Notes: a model not told the origin generated them from the sequence alone. A DNA stretch of 64,000 bases from an uncultured candidatus Porisulfidus sp. (GCA_965242985.1 OZ251520.1:696163-760162); one strand, 5' to 3'; positions 10,202 to 19,083 are shown, counted from the first letter of the stretch. A program made the numbers and translations.

Positions 10202-10477
10202 ATGGACAAACTGACCGAAATGGCGCACCTGTCGCGGGACCCCGAGTTCCGGGCCAAGATGAAATCCGAGCCGGCCGCCGCGCTGGCCGGGCAGGGCGTG
10301 CACATCGCGCCCGGCGTGGAGCTGCGGGTGGTCGAGGACCGCGCCGACGTGCAGCACTTCGTGCTGCCGGCGGACCCGAACGCCCTGCTGGCGGACAGCA
10401 GCCTGGACGCGGTCGCGGGCGGCATCGGCCCGGCCGCCTGCCGCAGCTCGCTGGTGTCCTGCCTCGGCGGCTGCTGA
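10202..10477 (+). CDS. NHLP-leader RiPP precursor 4 (core IGPAACRSSLVSCLGGC)
   Basis: MDKL start with GGGAG RBS; DPEFRAKM..EP..HFVLP..LADSSLDAVAGG. Confidence 0.88.
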   Translation: MDKLTEMAHLSRDPEFRAKMKSEPAAALAGQGVHIAPGVELRVVEDRADVQHFVLPADPNALLADSSLDAVAGGIGPAACRSSLVSCLGGC

Positions 10478-10508
10478 TCTCCGGACGGCTTCCGCCGCGG
10501 CCGCGCGC

Positions 10509-11486
10509 CTAGGCCGGAAGCCCGTCCAGCCAGTTCCGGTACAGCGTCCGCGCGACCTCCCGCCAAGGCTCGCCGCAGCCGCGCGCGAGCCGTTCCTCCG
10601 GGAAATCCTCCGCGCGGACGCTTCGCGGCGCGGCCTCGGCCCGCCGCCGGAATTCCTCGGCGGCGCGCGCCGCCGCCGCATTCAAAGTGCGCTCCGGCAG
10701 CGGCGGGTAGTCGTCCCGCTCGCCGGCCAGGAAGCGCAGCGCCTCGCGCTTGTACTCCTTCACCAGACTGACCGCCTCGTATTCCGGGTGGCCCTGGAAG
10801 TAGACCCGCCGCCCGTCCGGTTCGGCCGCCACCTGCACGCCGGCCGCCGGGCCGGCGGCCAGCACCCGCACGCCGCGCGCCGCGAGGTCGGCCGCGGCGA
10901 CTTCGTTGAAGCGCGAATGCGGCATGTCGAAGCGCGCCGGCGCGCCCGCCAGCAGCGGATGCTCCGGCGCCAGCACCTCGTGCGCGAACACGCCCCAGCA
11001 TTTCCGCGGCAGGTGGCGGCGGCGGATGCCGTGGAACAGCTGCGCCGCCGCGTGCGTGGCCAGGCAGGAGCACACGGTCGGCAGCCGCGCGCGGTCGGCG
11101 CGCTCGAGCAGCCCGGCGAGCTCCGCCCAGAACGGCTCCCGGTCCAGGTCCGGACGGGTCACGTTGGCGCCGGTGACGATCAGGGCGTCGAGGCCGCCGG
11201 CGCCGATTTCGGCGCAGTCCCGGTAGTGCCGCGCCTGGTGCGCGGCGCCCTCGGCGCCGCGCGGGACGCCGCGGATGCCGTACAGCCGCACCGCGCAGCA
11301 GCGCCCGTCGTGCGCGTCCAGCAGGCGCAGGAACTGCCGCTCGGTCGCCTCCAGGGCGCGGTCCGGCATCATGTTGAGCAGGCCGACGCGCAACGCCCGG
11401 AGGCCGCGCGCCGCCGGCCGCACCCGAACGCCCTCCCGCGCCACCCGGGCCATGCTCGGCAGGTCCGGGAGCTGCAGCAGCGGCAT
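10509..11486 (-). CDS. metA: Homoserine O-succinyl/acetyltransferase (MetA family)
   Basis: GLLNMMPD..ATERQFLRLL, IVTGAN, SCLA, PHSR, QGHPEY. Confidence 0.92.
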   Translation of the reverse strand: MPLLQLPDLPSMARVAREGVRVRPAARGLRALRVGLLNMMPDRALEATERQFLRLLDAHDGRCCAVRLYGIRGVPRGAEGAAHQARHYRDCAEIGAGGLDALIVTGANVTRPDLDREPFWAELAGLLERADRARLPTVCSCLATHAAAQLFHGIRRRHLPRKCWGVFAHEVLAPEHPLLAGAPARFDMPHSRFNEVAAADLAARGVRVLAAGPAAGVQVAAEPDGRRVYFQGHPEYEAVSLVKEYKREALRFLAGERDDYPPLPERTLNAAAARAAEEFRRRAEAAPRSVRAEDFPEERLARGCGEPWREVARTLYRNWLDGLPA

Positions 11487-11493
11487 CGCCGGC

Positions 11494-12339
11494 TCAGGCG
11501 CCGCGGTCGATGGCGCGCGCGACCAGCTCGACGAAGTCCTCGGCGTTCCGCGCCGCCTGCGCCTCCTCCATGTCCGCGGTGTAGCCGTGCTCGCGGGCGA
11601 TGCCCTGGTAGCGCTCCAGCCGGTCGCGCGACAGCCGCGGGAAGGCCCAGCGGGTGAACTCGTCCGGGTCGATCCGGCCGTACGCGCCGACCGCGCGCTC
11701 GCGCCGGAACTCCTCCAGCGCCCGGTCCAGGAAGGCCTCCGGGTAGTACAGCGGCTTCGGGTTGCGCGCCTGGCGCCGGCACAGCTCCTCGATCTGCCGC
11801 TCGTCGGCGTGGATGTACAGGATCACGGTGTGCTCGGCCAGCAGCTCGAAGACGCTGGGGTCGCGCAGCTCGCACAGGCTGCCGCCGGCGTCGTTGACGA
11901 AGTGCGGGTAGCCGTAGACCTGCATGCCGCGCTGGATGAACGCCGGCACGTCGCGCATCGCCTGCACCTCGGCGTCGTGGTGCAGGCGCAGGCGGCGCTT
12001 GAACTCCGCCAGCGGCAGGCCGTCGCGCGCCGGGTCGCCCGGCTTGCCGAGGAAGGCCGTGACCGGCTCCAGGTTGTCGACCGTGATGTTGTTGCGGATG
12101 TAGATCGAATCCGAGCGCAGCAGCTCCGCCAGGAACGGCACCGACATCATCTTCAGCTTGAGCTTGTCGAGGATCTCCTCGTTCAGGTAGCGGGTGCCGA
12201 TCCGGTAGTCGCCCGAGTAGTTGAACCACGCGGTCTTGTCGAGCCGGTTGGCGAGCAGGGTCTTGCCGACCCCGGACATGCCGAGCAGGGTGACGGCCTT
12301 GCGCTCGAGGCCGCGGAATTCGTCGGCGGAGAGGCGCAC
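11494..12339 (-). CDS. Uncharacterised P-loop NTPase / kinase-like protein
   Basis: Walker A GMSGVGKT, DYRIGTRY, DAGGSLCE; codirectional with and 7 bp upstream of metA. Confidence 0.75.
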   Translation of the reverse strand: MRLSADEFRGLERKAVTLLGMSGVGKTLLANRLDKTAWFNYSGDYRIGTRYLNEEILDKLKLKMMSVPFLAELLRSDSIYIRNNITVDNLEPVTAFLGKPGDPARDGLPLAEFKRRLRLHHDAEVQAMRDVPAFIQRGMQVYGYPHFVNDAGGSLCELRDPSVFELLAEHTVILYIHADERQIEELCRRQARNPKPLYYPEAFLDRALEEFRRERAVGAYGRIDPDEFTRWAFPRLSRDRLERYQGIAREHGYTADMEEAQAARNAEDFVELVARAIDRGA

Positions 12340-12354
12340 GGCCGCCGGCGCGGC

Positions 12355-13818
12355 TCAGAGGGCCGGCGAACGCACCACCATCAGCTTGTCGACCTGCATG
12401 TCCTCGAACGTGTAAGGAATGCCGCCGACGCCGTGGCCCGACTGCTTGAGGCCGGCGAACGGCATCCAGTCGACCCGGAAGGCCGTGTGGTTGTTGATCA
12501 TCACGGTGGCCGCCTCGAGCTGGTGGTAGCAGTGCAGGGCGGTGTCCAGGCTGCGGCTGAACACCGCGGCCTGGAACGCGTACGGGCCGGCGTTGGCGCG
12601 GGCGATGCCGGCGTCGATGCCGTCGCAGGCGTAGACGCAGATCACCGGCCCGAACACCTCGCGCGCGCTGACCCGGGCGTCGTCCGGCGGGTCCAGCAGC
12701 ACGGTCGGCGCGTAGGCGGTGGCCGACAGCCGCTTGCCGCCGGCGATCAGCCGGGCGCCGCCGGCGACCGCCTCGCCGACCCAGGCCTCGACGCGGTCGA
12801 CCTCGGCCGGGCGGATGAGCGGGCCGACGGCGGTTTCCGGCAGCGTCGGATCGCCCACCGGCATGGCGTCGCCGGCGGCGGCCAAGCCCTCGGCGACGCG
12901 CTCGGCGAGCGCCCGCTCGGCGTACACGCGCTGCACCGACACGCACACCTGGCCGGCGTGGTAGAAGCCGCCCTTGGCCAGCAGCGGCAGGGCGTCGTCG
13001 ATGTCGGCGTCGGCGGCCACGATGACCGGCGCGATGCCGCCGTGCTCCAGCGCGCAGCGCGCCCCGGGGGCGAGCTCCGAGCGCAGCTTCCAGCCGACGG
13101 CGCCGCTGCCGATGAAGCTGAAGAACGCCACCCGCCCGTCGCGCGCCATGCGCGCCGAGATGTCGTGGTCGCGGATGTTGACCGCCTGCACGTAGTCCTC
13201 GGGCAGCCCCGCCTGGCGCAGCATCGCGACGAAGCGCATGCACGACAGCGGCGTGTTCAGCGCCGGCTTGATGATCGCCGGGCAGCCGGCGGCGATCGCC
13301 GGGCCGACCTGGTGCACGATCAGGTTCAGCGGATGGTTGAAGGCCGAGAAGCCGAGCACCACGCCGATCGGGTACTTGCGGGTGAAGGCCATGTGGCCGG
13401 CGGAGGCGGCGTTCAGGTTCATCGGGATCTCGCGCCCGGCCTCGGTGCGCAGCGCCTCCGCGCAGCTGTGCATGCCGTCGACGGCGCGCGCCACCTCGAC
13501 CCGCGAATCGGCCAGCGGCTTGCCGCCCTCGCGCGCCGCCTCGACCGCCAGCTCCTCGCCGCGCTCCGCCATCAGCGCCGCGGTCTTCTGCAGCACCTCG
13601 ATGCGCTGCGCCGGCGGCAGCCAGCGCGACTTGTCCCGGTAGACCGCGGACGCGGTTTCCAGCGCCTGGTCGGCCTGGTCGGCGTCGATGCAGTCGACCG
13701 TGCCGATGACGCCGCGGTCCCAGGGCGCTTCGACCTCGGCGCGCTCGGCGCAGGCGCCGATGCCGGGGGCGAGGACGGGGAAGTGTTCCATGGCGCGGGG
13801 CGCGGCGGCGGGCGCCAT
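12355..13818 (-). CDS. Aldehyde dehydrogenase family protein (EHGG type)
   Basis: FNHPL, FIGS, LEHGG, GQVC catalytic Cys, EVFGP; start at 13818 (TAATG overlap with tatD) or 13791. Confidence 0.9.
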   Translation of the reverse strand: MAPAAAPRAMEHFPVLAPGIGACAERAEVEAPWDRGVIGTVDCIDADQADQALETASAVYRDKSRWLPPAQRIEVLQKTAALMAERGEELAVEAAREGGKPLADSRVEVARAVDGMHSCAEALRTEAGREIPMNLNAASAGHMAFTRKYPIGVVLGFSAFNHPLNLIVHQVGPAIAAGCPAIIKPALNTPLSCMRFVAMLRQAGLPEDYVQAVNIRDHDISARMARDGRVAFFSFIGSGAVGWKLRSELAPGARCALEHGGIAPVIVAADADIDDALPLLAKGGFYHAGQVCVSVQRVYAERALAERVAEGLAAAGDAMPVGDPTLPETAVGPLIRPAEVDRVEAWVGEAVAGGARLIAGGKRLSATAYAPTVLLDPPDDARVSAREVFGPVICVYACDGIDAGIARANAGPYAFQAAVFSRSLDTALHCYHQLEAATVMINNHTAFRVDWMPFAGLKQSGHGVGGIPYTFEDMQVDKLMVVRSPAL

Positions 13819-14627
13819 TATATGCGCTGCGCGCCGCCGGCGGGCGGAAAACCGAACAACTCCCGGGCGCAGGCGGTGGTCTGGCGCGCCAGTTCCGCGA
13901 GCGTCTGGCCGCGGGCGGCGGCGACTTGTTCGGCGATGTGCGGCAGCCACATCGGCTCGTTGCGCCGGGTGGCGGGCCGCGGCCGCAGCGTGCGCGGCAG
14001 CAGGTACGGCGCGTCGGTCTCGAGCAGCAGCCGGTCGGCCGGGATGGCGGCGGCCAGCCCGGGCAGGTGGGCGCCGCGGCGCTCGTCGCAGAACCAGCCG
14101 GTGAGGCCGATGCGCAGGCCGCGCTCGAGGCAGGCCTCGAGCAGCGCGGCGCCGCCGGTGAAGCAATGCAGCACGGCGCGCGGGCGGCGCGCGCCGGCCG
14201 CGTCCAGCGCGGCCAGGAAATCGGCGTCGGCGTCGCGGCAGTGCAGCAGCGCCGGCAGGCCGAGCTCCCAGGCCAGCTCCAGCTGCGCGGCGAACGCGGC
14301 GCGCTGCGCCGGGCGCGGCGACAGGTCGCGGTGGTAGTCCAGCCCGCACTCGCCGATCGCGCATGCCGCGGGCGCGGCGGCCAGGGCGCGCAGTTCGGCG
14401 GCGGAGTCCGCGCTCCAGCTCCGGGCCTGGTGCGGGTGCACCCCGACCGCGGCGCGGCAGCCGTCGTGCCGCCCGGCGAGGGCGACGCAGGCGCGGCTCT
14501 CCGCCAGGTCGGCGCCGGCCAGCAGGAAGCGGGTGACCCCGGCGGCGCGGGCGCGCGCCAGCACCTGCTCGCGGTCGAGGTCGAAGGCCTCGTGCGTCAG
14601 GTTGCAGCAGATGTCAGTCAGTTCCAA
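13818..14627 (-). CDS. tatD: TatD family nuclease
   Basis: GVHPH, AIGECGLDY, HCRDA, HCFTG, LLETDAPYL, RNEP. Confidence 0.92.
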   Translation of the reverse strand: MELTDICCNLTHEAFDLDREQVLARARAAGVTRFLLAGADLAESRACVALAGRHDGCRAAVGVHPHQARSWSADSAAELRALAAAPAACAIGECGLDYHRDLSPRPAQRAAFAAQLELAWELGLPALLHCRDADADFLAALDAAGARRPRAVLHCFTGGAALLEACLERGLRIGLTGWFCDERRGAHLPGLAAAIPADRLLLETDAPYLLPRTLRPRPATRRNEPMWLPHIAEQVAAARGQTLAELARQTTACARELFGFPPAGGAQRI

Positions 14628-15405
14628 GCGGCGGCGCTCCGCAGTCCGGGCAGCGGTTTTCGTCGAGCGGGCGCTGGCAGCGCGGGCACAGGCGGGGGCG
14701 GGTCGCCCGCAGCGCGGCGTCGACCGCCAGGCGGTCGTCGAACACGAAGCAGTCGCCGCGCCAGTGCCGGCCGCCGCAGCGCTCGAAGTAGTGCAGGACG
14801 CCGCCGGACAGCTGCCGCACGTCGGCGTGGCCCCGCTCGCCGAGCCACGCGCTCGCCACCTCGCAGCGGATGCCGCCGGTGCAGTAGGTCACCAGCGGGC
14901 GGCCGTCGGGCGCCAGCCGCCCGGCGGCGGCGGGGAAGTCGCGGAAGCGCTCCAGCGGCAGGGTCTCGGCGGCGGCGAAGCGGCCGAGGCGGCTCTCGAA
15001 GCGGTTGCGCACGTCGAGCAGGCGCAGCGGCCGGCCCTCGTCCAGCCAGGCGCGCAGCCGCTCCGGCGGCAGGTGCCGGCCCGGGCGGCGGTCGGCCACC
15101 GGCGCCGCCAGCCGCAGCGCCAGCAGCGACGGCCGCTGCTGCACCCGCAGCCGCCGGAACGGCGGCGCGGCCGCGGCGCTGCGCCGGAAGCGCAGGCCGG
15201 CGAACGGCGTCTCCCGCTGCAGGTGGCGCTCCAGCCGGTCGAGGGCGCCGGCGCCGCCGGCCAGCGCCAGGTTGAGGCCTTCGGGCGCCACGGTCACGGT
15301 GCCGAGCAGGCGCTCGCGGGCGCACACCGCCGCGAGCTCCGCCGCGAGGGCGGCCGGGTCGGCGAGGTCGAGGAAGCGGTAGGCGGCGGCGCAGACGCAG
15401 GCCAC
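14614..15405 (-). CDS. trhO: Rhodanese-domain tRNA U34 hydroxylase TrhO (YceA family)
   Basis: YRF, GTVTVAPEGLN, DVRN.FE..GRF, YCTGGIRCE, LSGGVLHY, GDCFVFDDR; GTG start just after the fabA stop. Confidence 0.85.
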   Translation of the reverse strand: MACVCAAAYRFLDLADPAALAAELAAVCARERLLGTVTVAPEGLNLALAGGAGALDRLERHLQRETPFAGLRFRRSAAAAPPFRRLRVQQRPSLLALRLAAPVADRRPGRHLPPERLRAWLDEGRPLRLLDVRNRFESRLGRFAAAETLPLERFRDFPAAAGRLAPDGRPLVTYCTGGIRCEVASAWLGERGHADVRQLSGGVLHYFERCGGRHWRGDCFVFDDRLAVDAALRATRPRLCPRCQRPLDENRCPDCGAPPLGTD

Positions 15406-15407
15406 GA

Positions 15408-15935
15408 TCAGAGCTTCTCCAGGGGGCTTGCCATGCTGGTGAACAGGCCGACCCGCAGGTCCTGCGCCGCATAGATGGGCTGGCCGTCCGCCAGCACCTG
15501 GCCGTCGGCGATGCCCATGACCAGCGAGCGGGTGATCAGCCGGCGGACGTCGATCCGGTAGCTCACCAGGCGGTTCTCCGGGGTCACCTGGCCGGAGAAC
15601 TTGACGCGCCCGACGCCGAGCGCGCGGCCGCGCCCCGGGTGGCCGAGCCAGCCGAGGAAGAAGCCGACCAGCTGCCACAGCGCGTCCAGGCCGAGGCAGC
15701 CCGGCATGACCGGGTCGCCGGGGAAGTGGCAGGCGAAGAACCACAGGTCCGGGCGGATGTCGAGTTCGGCATGCAGTTCGCCCTGGCCGTGCGCGCCGCC
15801 GCTCCGGCGGATGCGGGTGATGCGGTCGAGCATCAGCATGTCGGGGCTCGGCAGCTGGGCGTTGCCGGGGCCGAACAGCTCGCCGCGCGCGCAGCGCAGC
15901 AGGTCTTCGCGGGAGTAGCGGTCGCGGGGTTCCAT
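15408..15935 (-). CDS. fabA: 3-hydroxyacyl-ACP dehydratase/isomerase
   Basis: [41 protein letters not shown]. Confidence 0.97.
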   Translation of the reverse strand: MEPRDRYSREDLLRCARGELFGPGNAQLPSPDMLMLDRITRIRRSGGAHGQGELHAELDIRPDLWFFACHFPGDPVMPGCLGLDALWQLVGFFLGWLGHPGRGRALGVGRVKFSGQVTPENRLVSYRIDVRRLITRSLVMGIADGQVLADGQPIYAAQDLRVGLFTSMASPLEKL

Positions 15936-15988
15936 GGCGGACGGGCGGGCGGGGCGGCGGCGCCGGCCCGGCTATTTTATGCCGCCGC

Positions 15989-16936
15989 TCAGCCGGCGGC
16001 GGCGGCGCGCATGCGGTCGAGCGTCAGCCGCAGGCCGGCGAACTCCTGCACCGGCACCACGCCGATGTCGTCGATCACGGCCTTGAACGGGTCCAGGTTG
16101 GAGCCGAGCAGGAGCAGGGGATGCCCCTCGGGCGCGGCGCGGCGGATCTTGCGCAGCTCGTTCGGCAGCAGCTCGTCCTCGGCCGGCTCGGCGCTCAGCA
16201 GGGTGCAGCGCGCGCGGGCGCGCTCGACCGCGAAGGCGATCTCGTCGGCGGCCAGGCCCGCGCCCAGGTAGACCGGCTGCCAGCCGTAGGCGCGGGCGGC
16301 CACCGCCAGCCGCAGCAGCGGCAGGTCGTCGGCCTGCACGCACAGCCCGGCGACCACGAGCCGCGGCGCGCCCTCGGCCGCGCCCTCGGGCGGGCAGGCG
16401 GCGCGCGCCATGTGCCCGCGCAGCGCGTTCCGGGTCAGCCGCTCGTGGGCCATGCGCATGGTGCCGAGGCGGCACTCGTCGCGCACGTGCTCAAGCAGCG
16501 GCGCGATCAGCTCTTCCTGCGTGACCGGCTCGTCCAGGGCCCGCTCGGCGTGGCTCAGGGTGCGCGCCAGCAGCGCCGGGTCGAGCGCGTCGATGGCCTC
16601 CAGGCATTCGTCGAAATAGCCCATGACCGACTCGGTGCGCGGGCGCGCCGGGTCGGCGGCCGGCACCAGCAGGGCGGCCTGCTCGTCCTCCTCCACCATC
16701 GCCGCCAGCCGCGCGGCGGAGAGCTTCGCCAGTTCGCCGATGCGGCGCCCGGCGCGCGCGGCGCGGGCCAGCAGGCGCAGCCGCTCGATGTCCTCGTTGC
16801 GGTAGAGCCGGCGGCGGTTGCGGGCGCGCTTCGGCTTCACCGCCCGGTGGCGCCGCTCCCAGGCGCGGATGGTCTCGGCGCTCAGCCCGGTGCGCCGCGC
16901 CGCGACCTGGATCGGATGCAGGGTCTCCGCCGCCAT
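15989..16936 (-). CDS. MerR-family HTH regulator with degenerate cobalamin-binding domain (CarH/LitR-like)
   Basis: IRAWERRH..P.R..RRLY HTH, four-helix bundle (EELIAPLL..V) and Rossmann-type C-terminus (GW.PVYLG..L); B12 His ligands absent. Confidence 0.8.
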   Translation of the reverse strand: MAAETLHPIQVAARRTGLSAETIRAWERRHRAVKPKRARNRRRLYRNEDIERLRLLARAARAGRRIGELAKLSAARLAAMVEEDEQAALLVPAADPARPRTESVMGYFDECLEAIDALDPALLARTLSHAERALDEPVTQEELIAPLLEHVRDECRLGTMRMAHERLTRNALRGHMARAACPPEGAAEGAPRLVVAGLCVQADDLPLLRLAVAARAYGWQPVYLGAGLAADEIAFAVERARARCTLLSAEPAEDELLPNELRKIRRAAPEGHPLLLLGSNLDPFKAVIDDIGVVPVQEFAGLRLTLDRMRAAAAG

Positions 16937-16954
16937 GAAAAATCATCCAGCCTT

Positions 16955-17025
16955 TGTTCAGGTTTCCGTACAGCCATTATACAGCATATTTTCGGGAAAA
17001 TCGAACTCTGTTCATGCTTTGTCCA
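16955..17025. promoter_or_regulatory. Putative operator: TGTACA-like hexamers at 11-12 bp spacing
   Basis: TGTTCA 16955, CGTACA 16967, TATACA 16978; TGTTCA 17009, TGTCCA 17020, in an AT-rich divergent intergenic region. Confidence 0.4.
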
Positions 17026-17149
17026 GGAAAATAGGTCATGTTAATCCGCCATGACCGGCGGATGAGAGTGGATTGAAAGGGCGGTTTGTGCTAGATTACA
17101 GACACCGAATCGCGCCTGCGCGATTGTTTTCAAAAGGAGTTCACACCTC

Positions 17150-18298
17150 ATGAAGAAATTTTTCATCAATGTGCGCTACTTCCTCGCACCGCTGCTGATC
17201 CTGTCGGCGCTGTTCGGGGTCGTGGCCGGAGGCCCCTGGGTCTGGGTCGGCGTCGCGCTGATGGGCGTCGGCATCCTGGTCGACACCACCACGCCGCAGC
17301 GCACGATGGGCGCCGGCTTCGACCGGGAAGGCGACACCTACGGCGTCCCCGCGCTGCAGAACGGCGTCATGTACAGCATGCTGGGCGTCTTCGTCCTGCT
17401 GCAGTTGGCGATCTGCTGGCGCATCTACCAGTACGTCAACGGCGTTCCGTACACCGGCGCCACCGGCAGTTTCCTGGGCATGACCTACTACGAGGGCATC
17501 ACCGGGATGCAGCTGGCCGGCGCGGTCGTCTCGACCGGCATCTTCGCCGGCATCGGCATCATCTACGGCCACGAGCTGGCGCACACCAAGGGCTTCAGCT
17601 TCGTGATCGCGCGCTGGATGATGGCGCTGTCCGGCTCGTCGCACTTCTGCTACGCGCACGTGTACAACCATCATCTGGAACTGGGCTGCGACGACGATCC
17701 GGCCACCGCGCCGCGCGGCCGCAGCATGTACGCGCACCTGCCGAAGTCCTACTTCGGGCAGAGCAAGTTCCTGTACACGATGGAGAAGCACCGCCTGGAG
17801 CGTCTGGGCGTGCCGCTGCTGTCGTGGCAGAACCGCTGGATCCGCGGCTTCGCCATGAGCCTGCCGACGCTGTTCCTGTTCTGGCTGGCCGGCGGCTGGC
17901 TGGGCATCTGCGCCATGCTGCTGATCTGGATGATCTCCAACTTCGAGCTGGAGGCGCTCAACTACCTGGAGCACTACGGCCTGATCCGCGAGAAGGGCCA
18001 GCCGATCGATTACCGGCACAGCTGGGACAACAGCACCGCGTTCACCAGCTGGTTCTTCATCGAGATCGGCCGCCAGGCGGACCACCACGACCGCGGCGAG
18101 ACCCACTTCTGGGAGCTCGACGAGGTCGGCGCGCCGAACACGGGCATGGGGTACTTCACCCTGTTCGCCTTGGCGCTGGTGCCGCCGGTGTTCCATTCGT
18201 TCATGAAGCAGGAGCTGAAGAAGTGGGACGACAACGATGCCTCCGAGGGCGAGTTGGCCGTCTCGAACCGGATCAACAAGGTCGCGGGCTACGCGTAA
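17150..18298 (+). CDS. Membrane non-heme di-iron hydrocarbon monooxygenase (AlkB/XylM family)
   Basis: His boxes HELAH, HVYNHH, NYLEHYG, ADHH; DPATAPRG; multiple TM segments; AAGGAG RBS. Confidence 0.9.
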   Translation: MKKFFINVRYFLAPLLILSALFGVVAGGPWVWVGVALMGVGILVDTTTPQRTMGAGFDREGDTYGVPALQNGVMYSMLGVFVLLQLAICWRIYQYVNGVPYTGATGSFLGMTYYEGITGMQLAGAVVSTGIFAGIGIIYGHELAHTKGFSFVIARWMMALSGSSHFCYAHVYNHHLELGCDDDPATAPRGRSMYAHLPKSYFGQSKFLYTMEKHRLERLGVPLLSWQNRWIRGFAMSLPTLFLFWLAGGWLGICAMLLIWMISNFELEALNYLEHYGLIREKGQPIDYRHSWDNSTAFTSWFFIEIGRQADHHDRGETHFWELDEVGAPNTGMGYFTLFALALVPPVFHSFMKQELKKWDDNDASEGELAVSNRINKVAGYA

Positions 18299-18320
18299 GC
18301 GCCCCGCGGCTGCAACCGGC

Positions 18321-18352
18321 AGAAGCGCCCCCGTCCGGGGGCGCTTCTTTTT
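18321..18352 (+). terminator. Rho-independent terminator
   Basis: AGAAGCGCCCCCG / CGGGGGCGCTTCT inverted repeat followed by a T-tract, just after the monooxygenase stop. Confidence 0.85.
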
Positions 18353-18381
18353 GCGGGCGCGGCCGCGCATACAATGGCGGC

Positions 18382-19083
18382 ATGAACCAGCCCGGACAAA
18401 CCCGCCCGCTGCCGGACGGGCGGCTCAACGGCGGCTCCATCGAGGGGCAATCGGTCCTGCAGCGCCGCCGGCTGCAGCTGGAGGCGGAAGTGGCCGGCGC
18501 GGCGCCGGACGCCGGCGGGTCGCGGGAGGCGCGGCTGGAGCTGGCCGGCGTGCTGCTGGAGCTGCGGGAAGGGGCGGAGGCGTTCGCGCAGGCGCGGGCG
18601 GCGCTGGAGCCGGCGCTGGCGGCCGCGGACTACGGGGCGGCCGCGGCGGCCTGCCAGGCGATGTACCGCAGCGAACAGCCCGATTCCATCGCCGCGCTCG
18701 GCCACGGCATCTGGCTGGCGGTGGCCTGCCCGGTCGACCCGGACCTGAGCCTGCAGCTGCTGCGCCATCTGGTCGAGGAGACGCCGCCGGCCGCCGACGG
18801 CGCGGCGGTGGCGGCCATGCTCGGGTACTTCCTGATGGAGCGGCGCGCCCAGGGGCCGGAGCGCGAGCGGCTGGTGTTTCTGGCCCGGCAGCTGGTCGCG
18901 GAAGCGGCGCAGCGCCACCGCGGCATCGCCGGCGAGGAGGCGATCGGCATCTGGGTCCGCATGCACGAACTGGACGACGTGGACGTCCTGCTGGAGCGGA
19001 TGGGCCGGGTGCTGGACGCCATCACCCCGGCCTGGTGGTTCGACCGTGACGCGCTGCGACGCAAATTCGGATCCCCGGCCTGA
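18382..19083 (+). CDS. Hypothetical alpha-helical protein
   Basis: ORF with normal coding composition (ALGHGIWLAV.CPVDP.L..LVEETP..DGAAVAA), filling the gap between the terminator and dinB; TACAAT just upstream. Confidence 0.7.
   Translation: MNQPGQTRPLPDGRLNGGSIEGQSVLQRRRLQLEAEVAGAAPDAGGSREARLELAGVLLELREGAEAFAQARAALEPALAAADYGAAAAACQAMYRSEQPDSIAALGHGIWLAVACPVDPDLSLQLLRHLVEETPPAADGAAVAAMLGYFLMERRAQGPERERLVFLARQLVAEAAQRHRGIAGEEAIGIWVRMHELDDVDVLLERMGRVLDAITPAWWFDRDALRRKFGSPA

Noticed and set aside
9119-10477. Nitrile hydratase alpha subunits or fragments
   Set aside because: No CxxCSC metal motif and no beta subunit; each ORF ends in a double-glycine site plus a short core.
8972-10508. CRISPR array or diversity-generating retroelement explaining the repeated units
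   Set aside because: The repeats are diverged coding leaders, not identical short repeats with spacers; no cas or reverse transcriptase gene, and cores are not adenine-specific variants.
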